DNA of 64,000 nucleotides from an uncultured Candidatus Saccharibacteria bacterium (GTDB taxonomy: Bacteria; Patescibacteriota; WWE3; UBA101185; UBA10185), in NCBI GenBank assembly GCA_964387275.1, contig CAYLVW010000001.1:150619-214618 (forward strand). The letters are read 5' to 3'. The position numbers were made by a program, and so were the translations under genes. Under the pieces are notes generated by a model that was given only the letters and a program-made list of their open reading frames with translations, was not told the origin of the DNA and did not search any database. Below are positions 10,338-20,804 of this stretch, in pieces (position 1 is the stretch's first letter; every line of letters begins with the position of its first letter).

Positions 10338-10805
10338 ATGCGAGGTAAGTCACAAATCAAAAGACCAATACTAACTGACCCAATCTACAAGTCTAAAGTT
10401 GTATCAAGACTAATAAATGCCGTGATGTTGCATGGTAAGAAGTCTACCTCTGAGTCTATTGTATATGGGGCTTTGGAGAAGATTTCAGCCGACAAGAAAG
10501 ATGCGTTGACTTTTTTTGAGGCAGCAATTAAGAATGTTATGCCCACTCAAGAGGTTAGATCTAAGAGAGTTGGGGGAGCTACTTATCAGGTACCTATGCC
10601 TTTAAAGCATGAAAGATCTGAAGCCCTTGCTGTAAGATGGATTGTTGATTCTTGCAGAGGTAAGAGCGGTAAACCTATGGTTGATAGACTTTTTGAAGAG
10701 TTAAAGAATGCCCATGAGGGTCAGGGTTCTTCTATTAAGAAGAGAGACGACACTCATAGGATGGCTGAAGCTAACAGAGCTTTCGCTCATTTTGGTAGGT
10801 TTTAA
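10338..10805 (+). CDS. rpsG: 30S ribosomal protein S7.
   Basis: S7 family sequence (MPTQEVRSKRVGGATYQVP...RMAEANRAFAH) in the conserved position after rpsL. Confidence 0.95.
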   Translation: MRGKSQIKRPILTDPIYKSKVVSRLINAVMLHGKKSTSESIVYGALEKISADKKDALTFFEAAIKNVMPTQEVRSKRVGGATYQVPMPLKHERSEALAVRWIVDSCRGKSGKPMVDRLFEELKNAHEGQGSSIKKRDDTHRMAEANRAFAHFGRF

Positions 10806-10822
10806 TTAGGTTTTGTGTTTTT

Positions 10823-10845
10823 GGGGCGGGCCTTTGGCCCGCCCC
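10823..10845. promoter_or_regulatory. GC-rich perfect hairpin (GGGGCGGGCC-ttt-GGCCCGCCCC) between rpsG and fusA.
   Basis: 10-bp G/C-only stem in a roughly 35% GC genome. Flanked by a T-rich 5' side and an A-rich 3' side, so it is not a canonical hairpin-plus-U-tract terminator on either strand. Confidence 0.5.
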
Positions 10846-10946
10846 AAAACAAACCTAGCCCACCCAACAAAAGGACAGAAAAATAAAGTAAAAATTTAGT
10901 GCAGAATCTCTGCGAGTCTCACAAAGAGACACCAAAGAAAGAAAAT

Positions 10947-13025
10947 ATGGCAGAATCAATAAACAAACATTATCCATTAGAAAAAATCCGAAACATTGGG
11001 ATTATTGCTCATATTGATGCAGGTAAAACTACAACTACTGAAAGAGTTTTATACTATACAGGTGTTACTCATAAGATTGGTGAGGTTCACGAAGGTGCTG
11101 CTACTATGGACTGGATGGCCCAAGAAAGAGAACGAGGTATTACAATTACTTCGGCAGCTACTACTTGTTTTTGGGGAGATTGTAGGGTAAACATAATAGA
11201 TACTCCGGGACACGTTGATTTTACGGCTGAGGTAGAAAGATCTCTGAGAGTATTAGATGGCGGTGTAATCCTGTTGGATTCTTCTCAGGGTGTCGAGCCT
11301 CAAACTGAAACTGTTTGGAGACAGGCTCAAAAATATCACGTACCCCTAATCGTATTTGCAAATAAATTAGATAAGCTAGGCGGGGATTTCTACATGTCCA
11401 TGGATTCAATTCATGAGAGGATTTCCAAAGATGCCTATGCTGTACAACTACCAATTGGCTTTGAAGGAGATTTTAACGGAGTTGTTGATCTTATAACAAG
11501 AAAAGCCTATACCTTCGAAGGAAAGATGGGAAATGATATCAAGGAAGTTGAAATTCCTTCTGATATGGTCTCTAAGGTTGAGGAATATCGAACTAAACTA
11601 GTAGAAAAGGTTTGTGAATCTGATGAAGCGCTTATTGAGAAATATTTATCTGGAGAAGAGATTTCTATTGATGAGATTAAATCTGCCTTACGACAGTTGG
11701 TTATTACAACAAAAATCTACCCAGTATTTGCTGGAGCATCTCTTGCTAATGTTGGAGTCCAAAAAATGTTAGATGGTGTCATCGACTACCTACCAAGCCC
11801 TAAAGATGTTGGTGCTGTTAAGGGTTATAGGTCTGGTGTGGAAGAACCAATAATGATGGAAGCGGATGATAAGGCACCTTTTACTGCTCTGGCATTTAAA
11901 GTTCAGACGGATCCTTTTGTAGGTAGGCTTACTTACTTTAGAGTTTATTCTGGAAAGATTACAGCAGGTTCTTATGTATATAACTCCACAAAAGACAAGA
12001 AAGAGCGAATAGGTAGAATTCTTTTAATGCATGCAAATCACAGAGAGGAAGTTAAAGAAATTTCTGCTGGTGAGATTGGAGCTGCTGTAGGTCTTGATGC
12101 TACAACAGGTGATACGATTTGTTCTGAGTCAGACCCAATAGTACTTGAATCAATCAATTTTGCAGAACCGGTTATAGGTCTTGTTATTGAACCAAAAACA
12201 AAAGCAGATAGAGATAAACTGGGTGAATCTTTAAAGAAATTTACAGAAGAAGACCCCACATTTAAAGTAGGTTCTAATGCAGAGACTGGCGAAACCTTAG
12301 TTTACGGTATGGGTGAATTACATTTAGAAATTATCGTTGATAGATTAAGAAGAGAGTTTAATGTCGAAGTAAATACAGGTAAACCTCAGGTTGCCTATAG
12401 AGAAAGTATTAAGAATAAAGTAGATCAAGAAGGTAAATATATCAGGCAGTCGGGAGGTAGGGGGCAGTATGGTCATGTATTTATTACGCTAGAGCCTTTG
12501 GAACGCGGTAAAGGTTTTGAATTTGCAAATAAGATTGTAGGTGGATCTATACCCCGTGAGTATATACCGGCAGTTGAAAAAGGTGTTAGAGAAGCTATTC
12601 AGGCTGGTGTCGTAGCTGGATATCCTGTTGTTGATGTAAGGGTGTCCTTATTTGATGGATCTTTCCACGAAGTAGATTCTTCCGAAATGGCCTTTAAGTT
12701 TGCAGGTCTGGAAGCTTTCAAAGATGCTCAGAGAAAAGCACAGCCTTATTTGCTGGAGCCTATAATGAAGGTCGAGGTTACAACCCCTGAAGAGTTTATG
12801 GGGGATGTTATCGGTAACTTATCTAGTAAGAGAGGTAGGATCGAGGGAACTGAAACACGAGGTAATGCTAGAGTTATTACTGCAACCGTACCACTTGCAG
12901 AGATGTTTGGGTATGCTACTGAGCTTAGAGGTATGACACAGGGTAGAGCTGCATTTGTTATGGAACCAAGTCATTATGAAGAGGTTCCAGCAAGTATAGT
13001 AGAGAAGTTAGCAACTAAGAAGTAA
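10947..13025 (+). CDS. fusA: Elongation factor G.
   Basis: [20 protein letters not shown]-domain, and domains II to V conserved. The start is chosen at [13 protein letters not shown] (10947). An in-frame upstream start at 10899 is also possible. Confidence 0.95.
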   Translation: MAESINKHYPLEKIRNIGIIAHIDAGKTTTTERVLYYTGVTHKIGEVHEGAATMDWMAQERERGITITSAATTCFWGDCRVNIIDTPGHVDFTAEVERSLRVLDGGVILLDSSQGVEPQTETVWRQAQKYHVPLIVFANKLDKLGGDFYMSMDSIHERISKDAYAVQLPIGFEGDFNGVVDLITRKAYTFEGKMGNDIKEVEIPSDMVSKVEEYRTKLVEKVCESDEALIEKYLSGEEISIDEIKSALRQLVITTKIYPVFAGASLANVGVQKMLDGVIDYLPSPKDVGAVKGYRSGVEEPIMMEADDKAPFTALAFKVQTDPFVGRLTYFRVYSGKITAGSYVYNSTKDKKERIGRILLMHANHREEVKEISAGEIGAAVGLDATTGDTICSESDPIVLESINFAEPVIGLVIEPKTKADRDKLGESLKKFTEEDPTFKVGSNAETGETLVYGMGELHLEIIVDRLRREFNVEVNTGKPQVAYRESIKNKVDQEGKYIRQSGGRGQYGHVFITLEPLERGKGFEFANKIVGGSIPREYIPAVEKGVREAIQAGVVAGYPVVDVRVSLFDGSFHEVDSSEMAFKFAGLEAFKDAQRKAQPYLLEPIMKVEVTTPEEFMGDVIGNLSSKRGRIEGTETRGNARVITATVPLAEMFGYATELRGMTQGRAAFVMEPSHYEEVPASIVEKLATKK

Positions 13026-13390
13026 ATTTCTGCGAACTAAATCGCGATTTACCTCTGGTCACATATTGCAGTGTACTTTTAGTAGGGCTAAAAGACTCGG
13101 TCTAAAAGCATAGTTTTAAGTAAACAGAGGAATTTTTAGGTAAATTACTTGCTTAGTGCCAAATTTGTTTTAAAATAAGCAAGAAACTACATAAAAGTCT
13201 TGCAATTGATTACAATTTTTGGTTAACTATACAACTAGCTCTGTTAACTACTAGTGCTTTAGCGTGGCAAGTTCTGACCCGCTTAGCGAAAAAGACAGTT
13301 GCACTATTGCTTTGTAAATAATTAATTATTTAAGACTTAAACTGAAGGTTTACGCGCTAGGAATAAGTCTTTAGTTTAGAAAGGTCAAAC

Positions 13391-14563
13391 ATGGCTGATT
13401 TCGTAAGAAATAAACTACACGTCAATGTTGGTACTATTGGTCACGTCGATCATGGTAAGACAACCTTGACAGCTGCTATCACAAAAGTATTAGCAGAAAA
13501 AGGACAGGCTCAATTTAGAGCATATGATTCCATTGATAAAGCTCCTGAAGAGAGAGCCAGAGGAATTACAATTAATATTACTCACGTAGAGTATGAAACT
13601 GCAAAAAGACATTACGCACATATTGATGCTCCAGGGCACGCAGATTACATTAAGAATATGATTACAGGTGCTGCACAAATGGATGGTGCTATTTTGGTAG
13701 TATCAGCTCCAGATGGACCTATGCCTCAGACCAGAGAGCATATTTTACTTGCTAAGCAGGTGAATGTTCCAGCTCTTGTGGTATTCATGAATAAGTGTGA
13801 CATGGTTCAAGACGCAGAAATTCTAGAATTAGTTGAAATGGAAGTTAAAGAATTACTTGCTAAGTATGGTTACAATGATGTTCCTGTTATCAAGGGTTCT
13901 GCTGTAAAAGCTTTAGAAGGTGATGCAGCTGCTGTAAAAGCCATTGAAGACTTAATGGACGCAGTAGATAATCACATTCCAGATCCAGTTAGAGAATTAG
14001 ACAAGCCATTCTTGATGCCCGTAGAAGATGTTTTCTCAATTATGGGAAGAGGTACAGTTGCTACCGGTAGAGCTGAAAGAGGAGTACTTAAGATCAACGA
14101 AGAAGTAGAAATTGTTGGTATTAAAGACACAAAAAAGGTAGTAGTAACCGGTATTGAAATGTTTAAGAAGTCAATGCAGGAATGTCAAGCTGGTGATAAC
14201 GTAGGCATATTGCTAAGAGGGGTTGAAAGAACTGACATCGAAAGAGGTCAAGTTTTAGCAAAACCAGGTTCAATTAAGCCACATACAGAGTTTGAAGCTC
14301 AGGTTTACGTACTTTCCAAAGACGAAGGTGGTAGACACAAGTCTTTCTTCTCTGGTTATAGACCACAGTTCTATTTAAGAACCACAGACGTTACTGGTGA
14401 GATTACACTCCCAGCAGGTGTCGAAATGGTAATGCCTGGAGATGATGTCAAACTTACTGTTAAGCTCATTACTCCAGTTGCTTTAGAAGATGGTTTAAGA
14501 TTTGCTATTAGAGAAGGTGGTCACACAGTTGGTGCTGGTGTTATCACTAAGGTAATAGCCTAA
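13391..14563 (+). CDS. tuf: Elongation factor Tu.
   Basis: [45 protein letters not shown]. 390 aa. Confidence 0.97.
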   Translation: MADFVRNKLHVNVGTIGHVDHGKTTLTAAITKVLAEKGQAQFRAYDSIDKAPEERARGITINITHVEYETAKRHYAHIDAPGHADYIKNMITGAAQMDGAILVVSAPDGPMPQTREHILLAKQVNVPALVVFMNKCDMVQDAEILELVEMEVKELLAKYGYNDVPVIKGSAVKALEGDAAAVKAIEDLMDAVDNHIPDPVRELDKPFLMPVEDVFSIMGRGTVATGRAERGVLKINEEVEIVGIKDTKKVVVTGIEMFKKSMQECQAGDNVGILLRGVERTDIERGQVLAKPGSIKPHTEFEAQVYVLSKDEGGRHKSFFSGYRPQFYLRTTDVTGEITLPAGVEMVMPGDDVKLTVKLITPVALEDGLRFAIREGGHTVGAGVITKVIA

Positions 14564-14574
14564 GAAAGAAATTT

Positions 14575-14895
14575 ATGGCAAAGGTAGCTAAAGAATACAA
14601 AATCAGAATAAAACTAAATGCTTATGATAGCAGGATTATGGATCTTAGCTGTTCCAAGATTGTAGACACTGCAATTAGAACCGGGGCTAAAGTGGTTGGC
14701 CCCGTACCTTTGCCCACTAGAACCGAGAGATTTACCGTTATTAGAGGACCTCACATTGATAAGAGGTCAAGAGAGCAATTTGAATTAAAGACTCATAAGA
14801 GAGTCATAGATATACTTAATCCCACAGGGTCTACAATTGACAGCCTGTCGCACTTAAGTCTTCCTGCGGGAGTAGGTATATCTATAAAGATGTGA
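14575..14895 (+). CDS. rpsJ: 30S ribosomal protein S10.
   Basis: [14 protein letters not shown]...[29 protein letters not shown] is canonical S10. Confidence 0.95.
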   Translation: MAKVAKEYKIRIKLNAYDSRIMDLSCSKIVDTAIRTGAKVVGPVPLPTRTERFTVIRGPHIDKRSREQFELKTHKRVIDILNPTGSTIDSLSHLSLPAGVGISIKM

Positions 14896-15022
14896 TAGAG
14901 CCACTTGGGTTGTCCGTACTATTAGTAATTTAGGGTTTCTGGCCCAGAAAAGCCTTTTTTGCTTGCAAATACTGGATAAAAACACATAAAAGTGATATAC
15001 TGAATGCCGTTTACAGTCGATT

Positions 15023-15042
15023 GGCGCAGTAGCGCCTTTTTT
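15023..15042 (+). terminator. Intrinsic-terminator-like hairpin (GGCGC-AGTA-GCGCC + TTTTTT) located between rpsJ and rplC.
   Basis: Perfect 5-bp GC stem followed by a 6-T tract ending 20 nt before the rplC ATG. The unusual placement inside the S10 operon suggests an attenuator. Confidence 0.45.
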
Positions 15043-15061
15043 GATGGAAATTAGGAAGAAT

Positions 15062-15487
15062 ATGGAACAAATACTAAAAGGAATAAAAGTAAATATGACT
15101 CAAATTTTCCAGGATGATGGAACACTCCTTCCTGTAACAATAGTAAAATCGGATTCTGATCTTAATAAAGATATGGAGAATAAGGATGTGGTGATTATTG
15201 GTACTTCCAAAGGTAAGGGTTTTGCTGGAGGCATGAAAAAATGGAATTTTAAAGGTCAGGAAATGACTAGAGGTATGTCGGATGGGCCAAGAAAACCTGG
15301 TTCTCCCGGAGCTCAGACCCCAGGTAGGGTTTTAAGAGGTAAAAAAATGGCAGGACGTCTTGGTGGGGAAAGAGTAACAGTAAAGGGTATTAGAATAGTA
15401 AAAATTGACGAGTCACAGAAGTTTGTTTATGTTTTAGGGCCAGTACCAGGTGCTAGGAACTCAAAAGTTGAGTTAAAGGTTTTATAA
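15062..15487 (+). CDS. rplC: 50S ribosomal protein L3.
   Basis: MEQILKGIKVNMTQIF matches the L3 N-terminus (GxKxGMTQIF). AGGAAG RBS 4 nt upstream. The start was moved from the ORF-track TTG at 15041. Confidence 0.93.
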   Translation: MEQILKGIKVNMTQIFQDDGTLLPVTIVKSDSDLNKDMENKDVVIIGTSKGKGFAGGMKKWNFKGQEMTRGMSDGPRKPGSPGAQTPGRVLRGKKMAGRLGGERVTVKGIRIVKIDESQKFVYVLGPVPGARNSKVELKVL

Positions 15488-15488
15488 T

Positions 15489-16115
15489 ATGAAATTAGAT
15501 GTACTAGATTTACAAGGAAATAAAGTAGAAACAATTGAGTTATCTAAAGAAGTATTTGGCGCCAAACCAAACTTAGATTTAATTGCTCAATATGTCAGAG
15601 TGTATTTAGCCAACCAAAGACAGGGCACTTCTTCAACTAAGACTAGGGCGGAAGTATCCGGTAGTGGTAAGAAACCTTGGAAACAAAAAGGTACTGGTAG
15701 AGCTCGTGTTAGTGCCTCTAGAATTCCTCTTTGGAGACATGGTGGTATTTCACATGGTCCTAAACCTAAGGATTGGTCACTAAACATGCCAAAAAAGATG
15801 AAACAACTTGCTTTAATTCACTCTATCTCAAAATACATAAATGCTGATGCTGTAAGGATTTTATCTGAAGTGAAGTTAGACACACCGAAGACTAAAACTA
15901 TGTCAGATTTGAGGAAGGCTTTAGGTATAAAAGGGAAGACTCTTTTAGTTACTAAAAGTACAAATACCAGCGTATTAAAAAGTACAAGAAATATCAAAGG
16001 TTTTGAGGTATCAGATGTAAAAACATTAAATGCATACTCAGTACTAAGTTCTAAGAATGTATTGTTTGTAAAAGATGCTGTAGAAGCATTAAAGGCTAGA
16101 TATGAGACTAAATAA
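15489..16115 (+). CDS. rplD: 50S ribosomal protein L4.
   Basis: L4 family (GSGKKPWKQKGTGRAR) in conserved order. Confidence 0.93.
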   Translation: MKLDVLDLQGNKVETIELSKEVFGAKPNLDLIAQYVRVYLANQRQGTSSTKTRAEVSGSGKKPWKQKGTGRARVSASRIPLWRHGGISHGPKPKDWSLNMPKKMKQLALIHSISKYINADAVRILSEVKLDTPKTKTMSDLRKALGIKGKTLLVTKSTNTSVLKSTRNIKGFEVSDVKTLNAYSVLSSKNVLFVKDAVEALKARYETK

Positions 16116-16392
16116 AGTATTAATTAAACCATTAGTAACTGAAAAAAGTGTTGCATTAAACGCTTTAAATAGATATATTTTTGAGGTTTCAATGCAGGCA
16201 ACAAAGGGATCTATTGTGGATGAAATCAAAAGTGTTTTTGGTGTTGACGTAACAGAGATAAGAACAATTATTATGCCTGGAAAGAAAAGAAGAATCGCAA
16301 AGACTAATAGATTTGGAAAAACAGCCAAGAGGAAGAAGGCTATAGTTACTCTAAAGGAAGGTCAAAAGATAGACTTTGTTAGTGAGAAGTAA
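16102..16392 (+). CDS. rplW: 50S ribosomal protein L23.
   Basis: 96 aa, L23-like (LIKPLVTEKS...FEV) in conserved order. Confidence 0.9.
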   Translation: MRLNKVLIKPLVTEKSVALNALNRYIFEVSMQATKGSIVDEIKSVFGVDVTEIRTIIMPGKKRRIAKTNRFGKTAKRKKAIVTLKEGQKIDFVSEK

Positions 16393-16413
16393 CAAGAATC
16401 TTCTAATAAGCAT

Positions 16414-17229
16414 ATGATAAAAACTTATAAACCAACTAGCGCAGGAATAAGATTTAGAAAAACACTCGTAAGAGAGGTTTCAAAAAGTAGACCTGAGAAA
16501 AGTCTTATTCAAGCTTTAAAAGGTAATGCAGGTAGAAATTCAGGTAAAATATCCAGTGGTGATAGGATTAGAGGTACCAAGAAATTTTATAGAATAATCG
16601 ATTTTAAAAGAAACAAGAAAGATATCGAAGGAATCGTTTCTCGTATTGAATATGATCCTAATAGAGGTCCAAATATTGCATTAATCAACTATAGAGACGG
16701 TGAAAAAAGATATATTTTGGCTCCGGAAGGTTTAAAAGAAGGAATGAAGGTCTTAGCTTCTGAAAAAGCTGAGATACTGCCAGGTAATGCTCTACCTTTG
16801 GGCAATATACCTTTAGGTACTACTGTTCATAACGTTGAAATAAACCCAGGTAGGGGCGGTCAGTTGGTAAGAGCTGCTGGTAACGGAGCTATGATTCTAG
16901 CTAAGGATGGGGCTTTCGTAAATTTACAATTACCAAGTGGATCTGTTATGAAGATTTTGACATCTTGTATAGCAACTGTTGGTACTCTTAGTAACTCCGA
17001 TTTACGAAATACAGTACTTGGTAAAGCAGGAAAGATGAAATATAAAGGCAGAAGACCTCACGTAAGAGGTGTTGCTATGGCAAACCCATCTGATCACCCT
17101 CATGCAGGTTCTTATAGAGATAACGGTGTTGGTATGACTCCTAAGACTCCTTGGGGTAAAAAAGCAAGAGGGGTTCCTACAAGACGAAGAAGAAATACAG
17201 ATAAGTTGATTGTTAAAAGAAGGAAATAA
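16414..17229 (+). CDS. rplB: 50S ribosomal protein L2.
   Basis: [12 protein letters not shown]...[12 protein letters not shown]...GRRP are conserved L2 motifs. Confidence 0.96.
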   Translation: MIKTYKPTSAGIRFRKTLVREVSKSRPEKSLIQALKGNAGRNSGKISSGDRIRGTKKFYRIIDFKRNKKDIEGIVSRIEYDPNRGPNIALINYRDGEKRYILAPEGLKEGMKVLASEKAEILPGNALPLGNIPLGTTVHNVEINPGRGGQLVRAAGNGAMILAKDGAFVNLQLPSGSVMKILTSCIATVGTLSNSDLRNTVLGKAGKMKYKGRRPHVRGVAMANPSDHPHAGSYRDNGVGMTPKTPWGKKARGVPTRRRRNTDKLIVKRRK

Positions 17230-17231
17230 AA

Positions 17232-17510
17232 ATGTCACGATCTTTAACTAAAGGTCCCTTTACGGACGAAAAATTAATGGAAAAAGTCAAAAAGATGCTT
17301 ACTTCGGAAAAGAAGTCAGCAATAAGAACTTGGTCCAGGAGGTCTACGATTACACCAGAAATGGTAGGGCTTAGTTTTGAGGTCCACAATGGTAAAGATT
17401 TTTTGAATGTATTTGTTACTGAGGCTATGGTAGGTCATAAACTTGGAGAATTTTCACATACAAGGAAGTTTAGAGGACACTCATCTAAAAAGGGAGTAGA
17501 AGGAAAGTAG
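17232..17510 (+). CDS. rpsS: 30S ribosomal protein S19.
   Basis: SRSLTKGPF...[14 protein letters not shown]...VHNGK is S19. Confidence 0.95.
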   Translation: MSRSLTKGPFTDEKLMEKVKKMLTSEKKSAIRTWSRRSTITPEMVGLSFEVHNGKDFLNVFVTEAMVGHKLGEFSHTRKFRGHSSKKGVEGK

Positions 17511-17517
17511 TAAGTAT

Positions 17518-17865
17518 ATGAATAAAGCATTAGTTTACGCAAAATATAAGAGTGCTCGAATATCACCAAAGAAAGTGGCACCAATCTTGGATCTTGTAAG
17601 AGGTAAAGGTGTACATGATGCCCGATTGATATTATCTTTTGATCCTACAAAAGCCGCAAAACTTGCTCTTAAAGTTATAAATTCAGCGTTAGCCAACGCA
17701 AAAAACAACCTGTCTTTGGCTGAGAGTAACCTGTACGTTTCAGAATTACACGTTAGCGGTGGTGCAACTTTTAAAAGAGGTAGAGCTGGTTCAAGGCTAA
17801 GATATAGACCAATACTTAAAAGAACAAGTCATTTAATAGTAGGTTTGTCGGAAAGGACTAAATAA
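17518..17865 (+). CDS. rplV: 50S ribosomal protein L22.
   Basis: L22 family, position and size. Confidence 0.92.
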   Translation: MNKALVYAKYKSARISPKKVAPILDLVRGKGVHDARLILSFDPTKAAKLALKVINSALANAKNNLSLAESNLYVSELHVSGGATFKRGRAGSRLRYRPILKRTSHLIVGLSERTK

Positions 17866-17866
17866 A

Positions 17867-18499
17867 ATGGGTCAGAAGATAAATCCTTTAGGTTTTAGAA
17901 TAGGTATTACAAGAGACTGGACCTCCAGATGGTTTGCTGACAAAGTGAACTATTCAAAATACTTACTTGAGGATCAAAATATCAGAGGTTTCTTGAAGAA
18001 GAGATTTGAAGCAGCTGGTTTGAAAGAAATTGCTATAGAGAGAAATCTCAACGAATTAGGTATAACAGTAAGAGTTGCAAAGCCTGGTATGGTTATTGGT
18101 AAAGGAGGCGCTGGAGTAGAAGAAGTAGAAAAAGAGCTTAAGAAAATGACTAAGTCTAAAATTAAGCTGACAGCTGAAGAGGTTAAGACTCCTGAGATTG
18201 AGGCACAGTTGGTAGGGGATTACATAGCACGGCAGTTAAAAAGAAGAATGCCTTATAGAAGAGTGGGTATTTCAGCAATAACTTCTGCAATGGATAAGGG
18301 TGCAAAAGGTATAAAAATTAAATTTTCAGGACTACTTAGTGGAGGTAACTCTATCGCAAGAACAGAAGTTATGAAGAAGGGTTCTATCCCAGCACAGACC
18401 CTAAGAGCCGATGTAGATTATGCACAAATACATTGCCAGATGATTTACGGGACAATAGGCATAAAGGTATGGATTTATAGAGGAGAATTTAAAAAGTAA
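17867..18499 (+). CDS. rpsC: 30S ribosomal protein S3.
   Basis: MGQKINPLGFRIGITRDWTSRWFA is the S3 N-terminus. KH domain present. Confidence 0.96.
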   Translation: MGQKINPLGFRIGITRDWTSRWFADKVNYSKYLLEDQNIRGFLKKRFEAAGLKEIAIERNLNELGITVRVAKPGMVIGKGGAGVEEVEKELKKMTKSKIKLTAEEVKTPEIEAQLVGDYIARQLKRRMPYRRVGISAITSAMDKGAKGIKIKFSGLLSGGNSIARTEVMKKGSIPAQTLRADVDYAQIHCQMIYGTIGIKVWIYRGEFKK

Positions 18500-18517
18500 T
18501 TTTTATTAAGGACGTTT

Positions 18518-18931
18518 ATGTTACTACCTAAGAAAGTAAAATACAGAAAGCAGCAAAGAGGTACAAACAAAGGCTTAGCCGTCAGAGGTTTTTACATAGC
18601 TTTTGGTGAGTATGCTTTAAAATCTGAAGACAGGGGCATGCTTACATCTAGACAGATTGAAGCTGCCAGAAAAGCTATTGCTCATGAAACAAAAAGAGGT
18701 GGTAAGCTTTGGATAAGGGTATTCCCGGACAAGCCAATCTCAAAAAAACCTGCAGAAACAAGAATGGGTTCCGGTAAGGCTCCTGTTGATCATTATTCTG
18801 CCGTTGTTAAACCGGGAAAGATCATATTTGAGCTGCTTGGTGTTACAGAGGAGGTTGCTAAGGCTGCTTTTTCTAAGGCTTCAGCAAAGCTTCCCTTAAA
18901 AACCAGAGTAGTATATAAAGATAGGATTTAA
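18518..18931 (+). CDS. rplP: 50S ribosomal protein L16.
   Basis: [15 protein letters not shown] is the L16 N-terminus. Confidence 0.95.
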   Translation: MLLPKKVKYRKQQRGTNKGLAVRGFYIAFGEYALKSEDRGMLTSRQIEAARKAIAHETKRGGKLWIRVFPDKPISKKPAETRMGSGKAPVDHYSAVVKPGKIIFELLGVTEEVAKAAFSKASAKLPLKTRVVYKDRI

Positions 18932-18936
18932 AATAT

Positions 18937-19137
18937 ATGAAAACAGCAGAATTAAGAAAAAAAACTGAACAAGAACTGACTGAGACTTTAAAGAAGCTTA
19001 TTAAAGAATCTGATGAGAATAGATTAAACATCTTGAAAGGTAAGGAAAAAAATGTTAAGAAGGGTAGTCTTTTAAAAAAGCAAATTGCACAAGTTAAGAC
19101 AGTTTTAACTGAGAAAAGGATTTTACAAAATGCCTAA
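18937..19137 (+). CDS. rpmC: 50S ribosomal protein L29.
   Basis: 66 aa helical protein (ELRKKTEQEL) at the conserved position. Confidence 0.88.
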   Translation: MKTAELRKKTEQELTETLKKLIKESDENRLNILKGKEKNVKKGSLLKKQIAQVKTVLTEKRILQNA

Positions 19138-19372
19138 GAAAATATTTAACGGAACTATAACTTCCGACAAAATGAATAAGACCGTTGTAGTTACTGTATA
19201 CATGACTAAAAGACATCCTATCTACTCCAAAGTAGTTAAGGTTACAAAGAAGTTAAAAGCTAGAAATGAAATTGGTGCAAAGCTAGGCGATGTAGTAGCT
19301 ATAGAAGAAGTAAAGCCATTTAGTAAGGATGTTACTTGGATTGTAAAAGAAAAGGTTTCTGAGAAAGCATAA
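19130..19372 (+). CDS. rpsQ: 30S ribosomal protein S17.
   Basis: GTITSDKMNKTVVVTV...HPIYSKVVK is an S17 OB fold. Confidence 0.93.
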   Translation: MPKKIFNGTITSDKMNKTVVVTVYMTKRHPIYSKVVKVTKKLKARNEIGAKLGDVVAIEEVKPFSKDVTWIVKEKVSEKA

Positions 19373-19377
19373 AGTAT

Positions 19378-19746
19378 ATGTTACAAAGAGGATCAATAAT
19401 TAAATTAGCAGATAATTCAGGTGCCAAAGCGTTAAAGCTTATTGGTATTCCTGGGGCTTCTAAAAAAATCTATGCTTACGTAGGAGATGTGGTTGTTTGT
19501 GCTGTTAATGGTGCCTCTTCAGTAGGTGTTGTTAAAGATCACTCCGTTGTTAAGGCTTTGATTGTCAGAGCCAGAAAAGAGTACAGAAGGAAAGACGGTA
19601 GTTACATTAGATTCGATGATAACGCCGCTGTCATTGTTGATAAAGATGGCAATATGGTTGGTTCCAGAGTTTTTGGACCCGTTGCTAGAGAGCTAAGGGA
19701 CCGAGGATTTTTGAAGGTTGTATCATTAGCTAAGGAGGTATGGTAA
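19378..19746 (+). CDS. rplN: 50S ribosomal protein L14.
   Basis: MLQRGSIIKLADNSGAK is the L14 N-terminus. Confidence 0.95.
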   Translation: MLQRGSIIKLADNSGAKALKLIGIPGASKKIYAYVGDVVVCAVNGASSVGVVKDHSVVKALIVRARKEYRRKDGSYIRFDDNAAVIVDKDGNMVGSRVFGPVARELRDRGFLKVVSLAKEVW

Positions 19747-19750
19747 TCAT

Positions 19751-20062
19751 ATGAAATTAAGAAAAGGCGATAAAGTACAAGTAATAGCAGGTAGAGACAA
19801 GGGTAAGACCGGTACAATCCTTAAGGTTTTTTTAGATAAGAATACAGCTGTTGTTGAAGGTGTAAACAAGATTAAAAAGCATGTAAAGCCGGGAGTTTTG
19901 TCAAAAGAAGGAGGTCTTATTTCAGTAGAAAGACCTATTAATGTCTCAAACCTCATGTTTGTAGACTCCAAATCAGGTAAACCTGTAAAAATAGGTTTCA
20001 AAATAGTGGAAGGTAAAAAGTACAGAATAGTAAAAAAGACAGGGGAAGTTATTGAGAAGTAA
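19751..20062 (+). CDS. rplX: 50S ribosomal protein L24.
   Basis: KLRKGDKVQVIAGRDKGKTG is a KOW motif. Confidence 0.94.
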   Translation: MKLRKGDKVQVIAGRDKGKTGTILKVFLDKNTAVVEGVNKIKKHVKPGVLSKEGGLISVERPINVSNLMFVDSKSGKPVKIGFKIVEGKKYRIVKKTGEVIEK

Positions 20063-20064
20063 AT

Positions 20065-20613
20065 ATGAATAGACTTAAAGAAAAATATACAAAAGAAATA
20101 ATAAAAGACATTCAAAAAGAATTTAAACTTGGTAATGTCATGGAAGTGCCTAGAATTATGAAGATAAGTATTAACTCTGGTGTAGGTTCTTTCAGAGATA
20201 ATAAAGAGGCTTTTGAATCTTTTACTCAAGAACTATCTGAAATTTCCGGCCAGAAAGTTTTTCAAAGGCAGGCTAGGATGTCCGAAGCTGGATTTAAGAT
20301 GAAGAAGGGTGATATAGTTGGTCTTACCGTAACATTAAGGGGCGAAAAGATGTGGGCATTTATGGATAAGCTTATTGGTATTGTTTTACCAAGAGTTAGA
20401 GATTTTAAAGGAATTAGTGTAGAATCTTTTGACCAAGACGGAAATTACTCTATGGGTATTAGAGAGCATACTATTTTCCCTGAAGTAAATGCAAATGTGA
20501 CCAAGGGTATTAGAGGGTTACAAGTTACTATTGTTATGTCCTCTTCCGATACAGATATGAACCGTGAAGTTTTGAAGAGACTTGGTTTTCCTTTCAGAAA
20601 GGATACTAAATAA
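20065..20613 (+). CDS. rplE: 50S ribosomal protein L5.
   Basis: L5 family ([14 protein letters not shown]...GLTVTLRG). Confidence 0.95.
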   Translation: MNRLKEKYTKEIIKDIQKEFKLGNVMEVPRIMKISINSGVGSFRDNKEAFESFTQELSEISGQKVFQRQARMSEAGFKMKKGDIVGLTVTLRGEKMWAFMDKLIGIVLPRVRDFKGISVESFDQDGNYSMGIREHTIFPEVNANVTKGIRGLQVTIVMSSSDTDMNREVLKRLGFPFRKDTK

Positions 20614-20614
20614 T

Positions 20615-20800
20615 ATGGCTAAAAAATCTATGATAGAAAAACATAAGAGAGGGGCAAAGTTTGAGGTTAGAGAAAGAAATCGATGTAACATTTGTGGTAA
20701 TCCTAGAGGTTACATGGGAAAATTTGGCATTTGTAGAAAATGTTTTAGAGAGCTTGCACACAAAGGTGAGCTTCCTGGTGTAAAGAAAGCGAGCTGGTAA
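20615..20800 (+). CDS. rpsZ: 30S ribosomal protein S14 type Z (zinc-binding, 61 aa).
   Basis: MAKKSMIEK...CNICGNPRG...CRKCFRE has four Cys. The start was moved to the ATG at 20615, immediately after the rplE stop. Confidence 0.92.
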   Translation: MAKKSMIEKHKRGAKFEVRERNRCNICGNPRGYMGKFGICRKCFRELAHKGELPGVKKASW

Positions 20801-20804
20801 TAAT

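Noticed and set aside
10996-11190. 64-aa alternative-frame ORF inside fusA, and the minus ORFs 11221..11454 and 12038..12259
   Set aside because: Embedded in the conserved EF-G coding sequence. No RBS or coherent domain.
13026-13390. Possible tRNA genes upstream of tuf
   Set aside because: Scanned for T-arm GTTCGA/GTTCRANYC motifs and a CCA-proximal acceptor pairing. None present. The 13490..13678 minus ORF is antisense to tuf.
16089-16328. 79-aa minus-strand ORF; also 15587..15787, 17002..17238, 20606..20907, 20975..21193, 21962..22201
   Set aside because: All are antisense to identified ribosomal protein genes. Reverse-frame artefacts.
19747-20229. 160-aa ORF on the minus strand
   Set aside because: It lies entirely antisense to rplX and rplE, whose identities are unambiguous. 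The translation is low-complexity and F/I/L-rich, as expected for the reverse frame of AT-rich coding DNA. Spurious.
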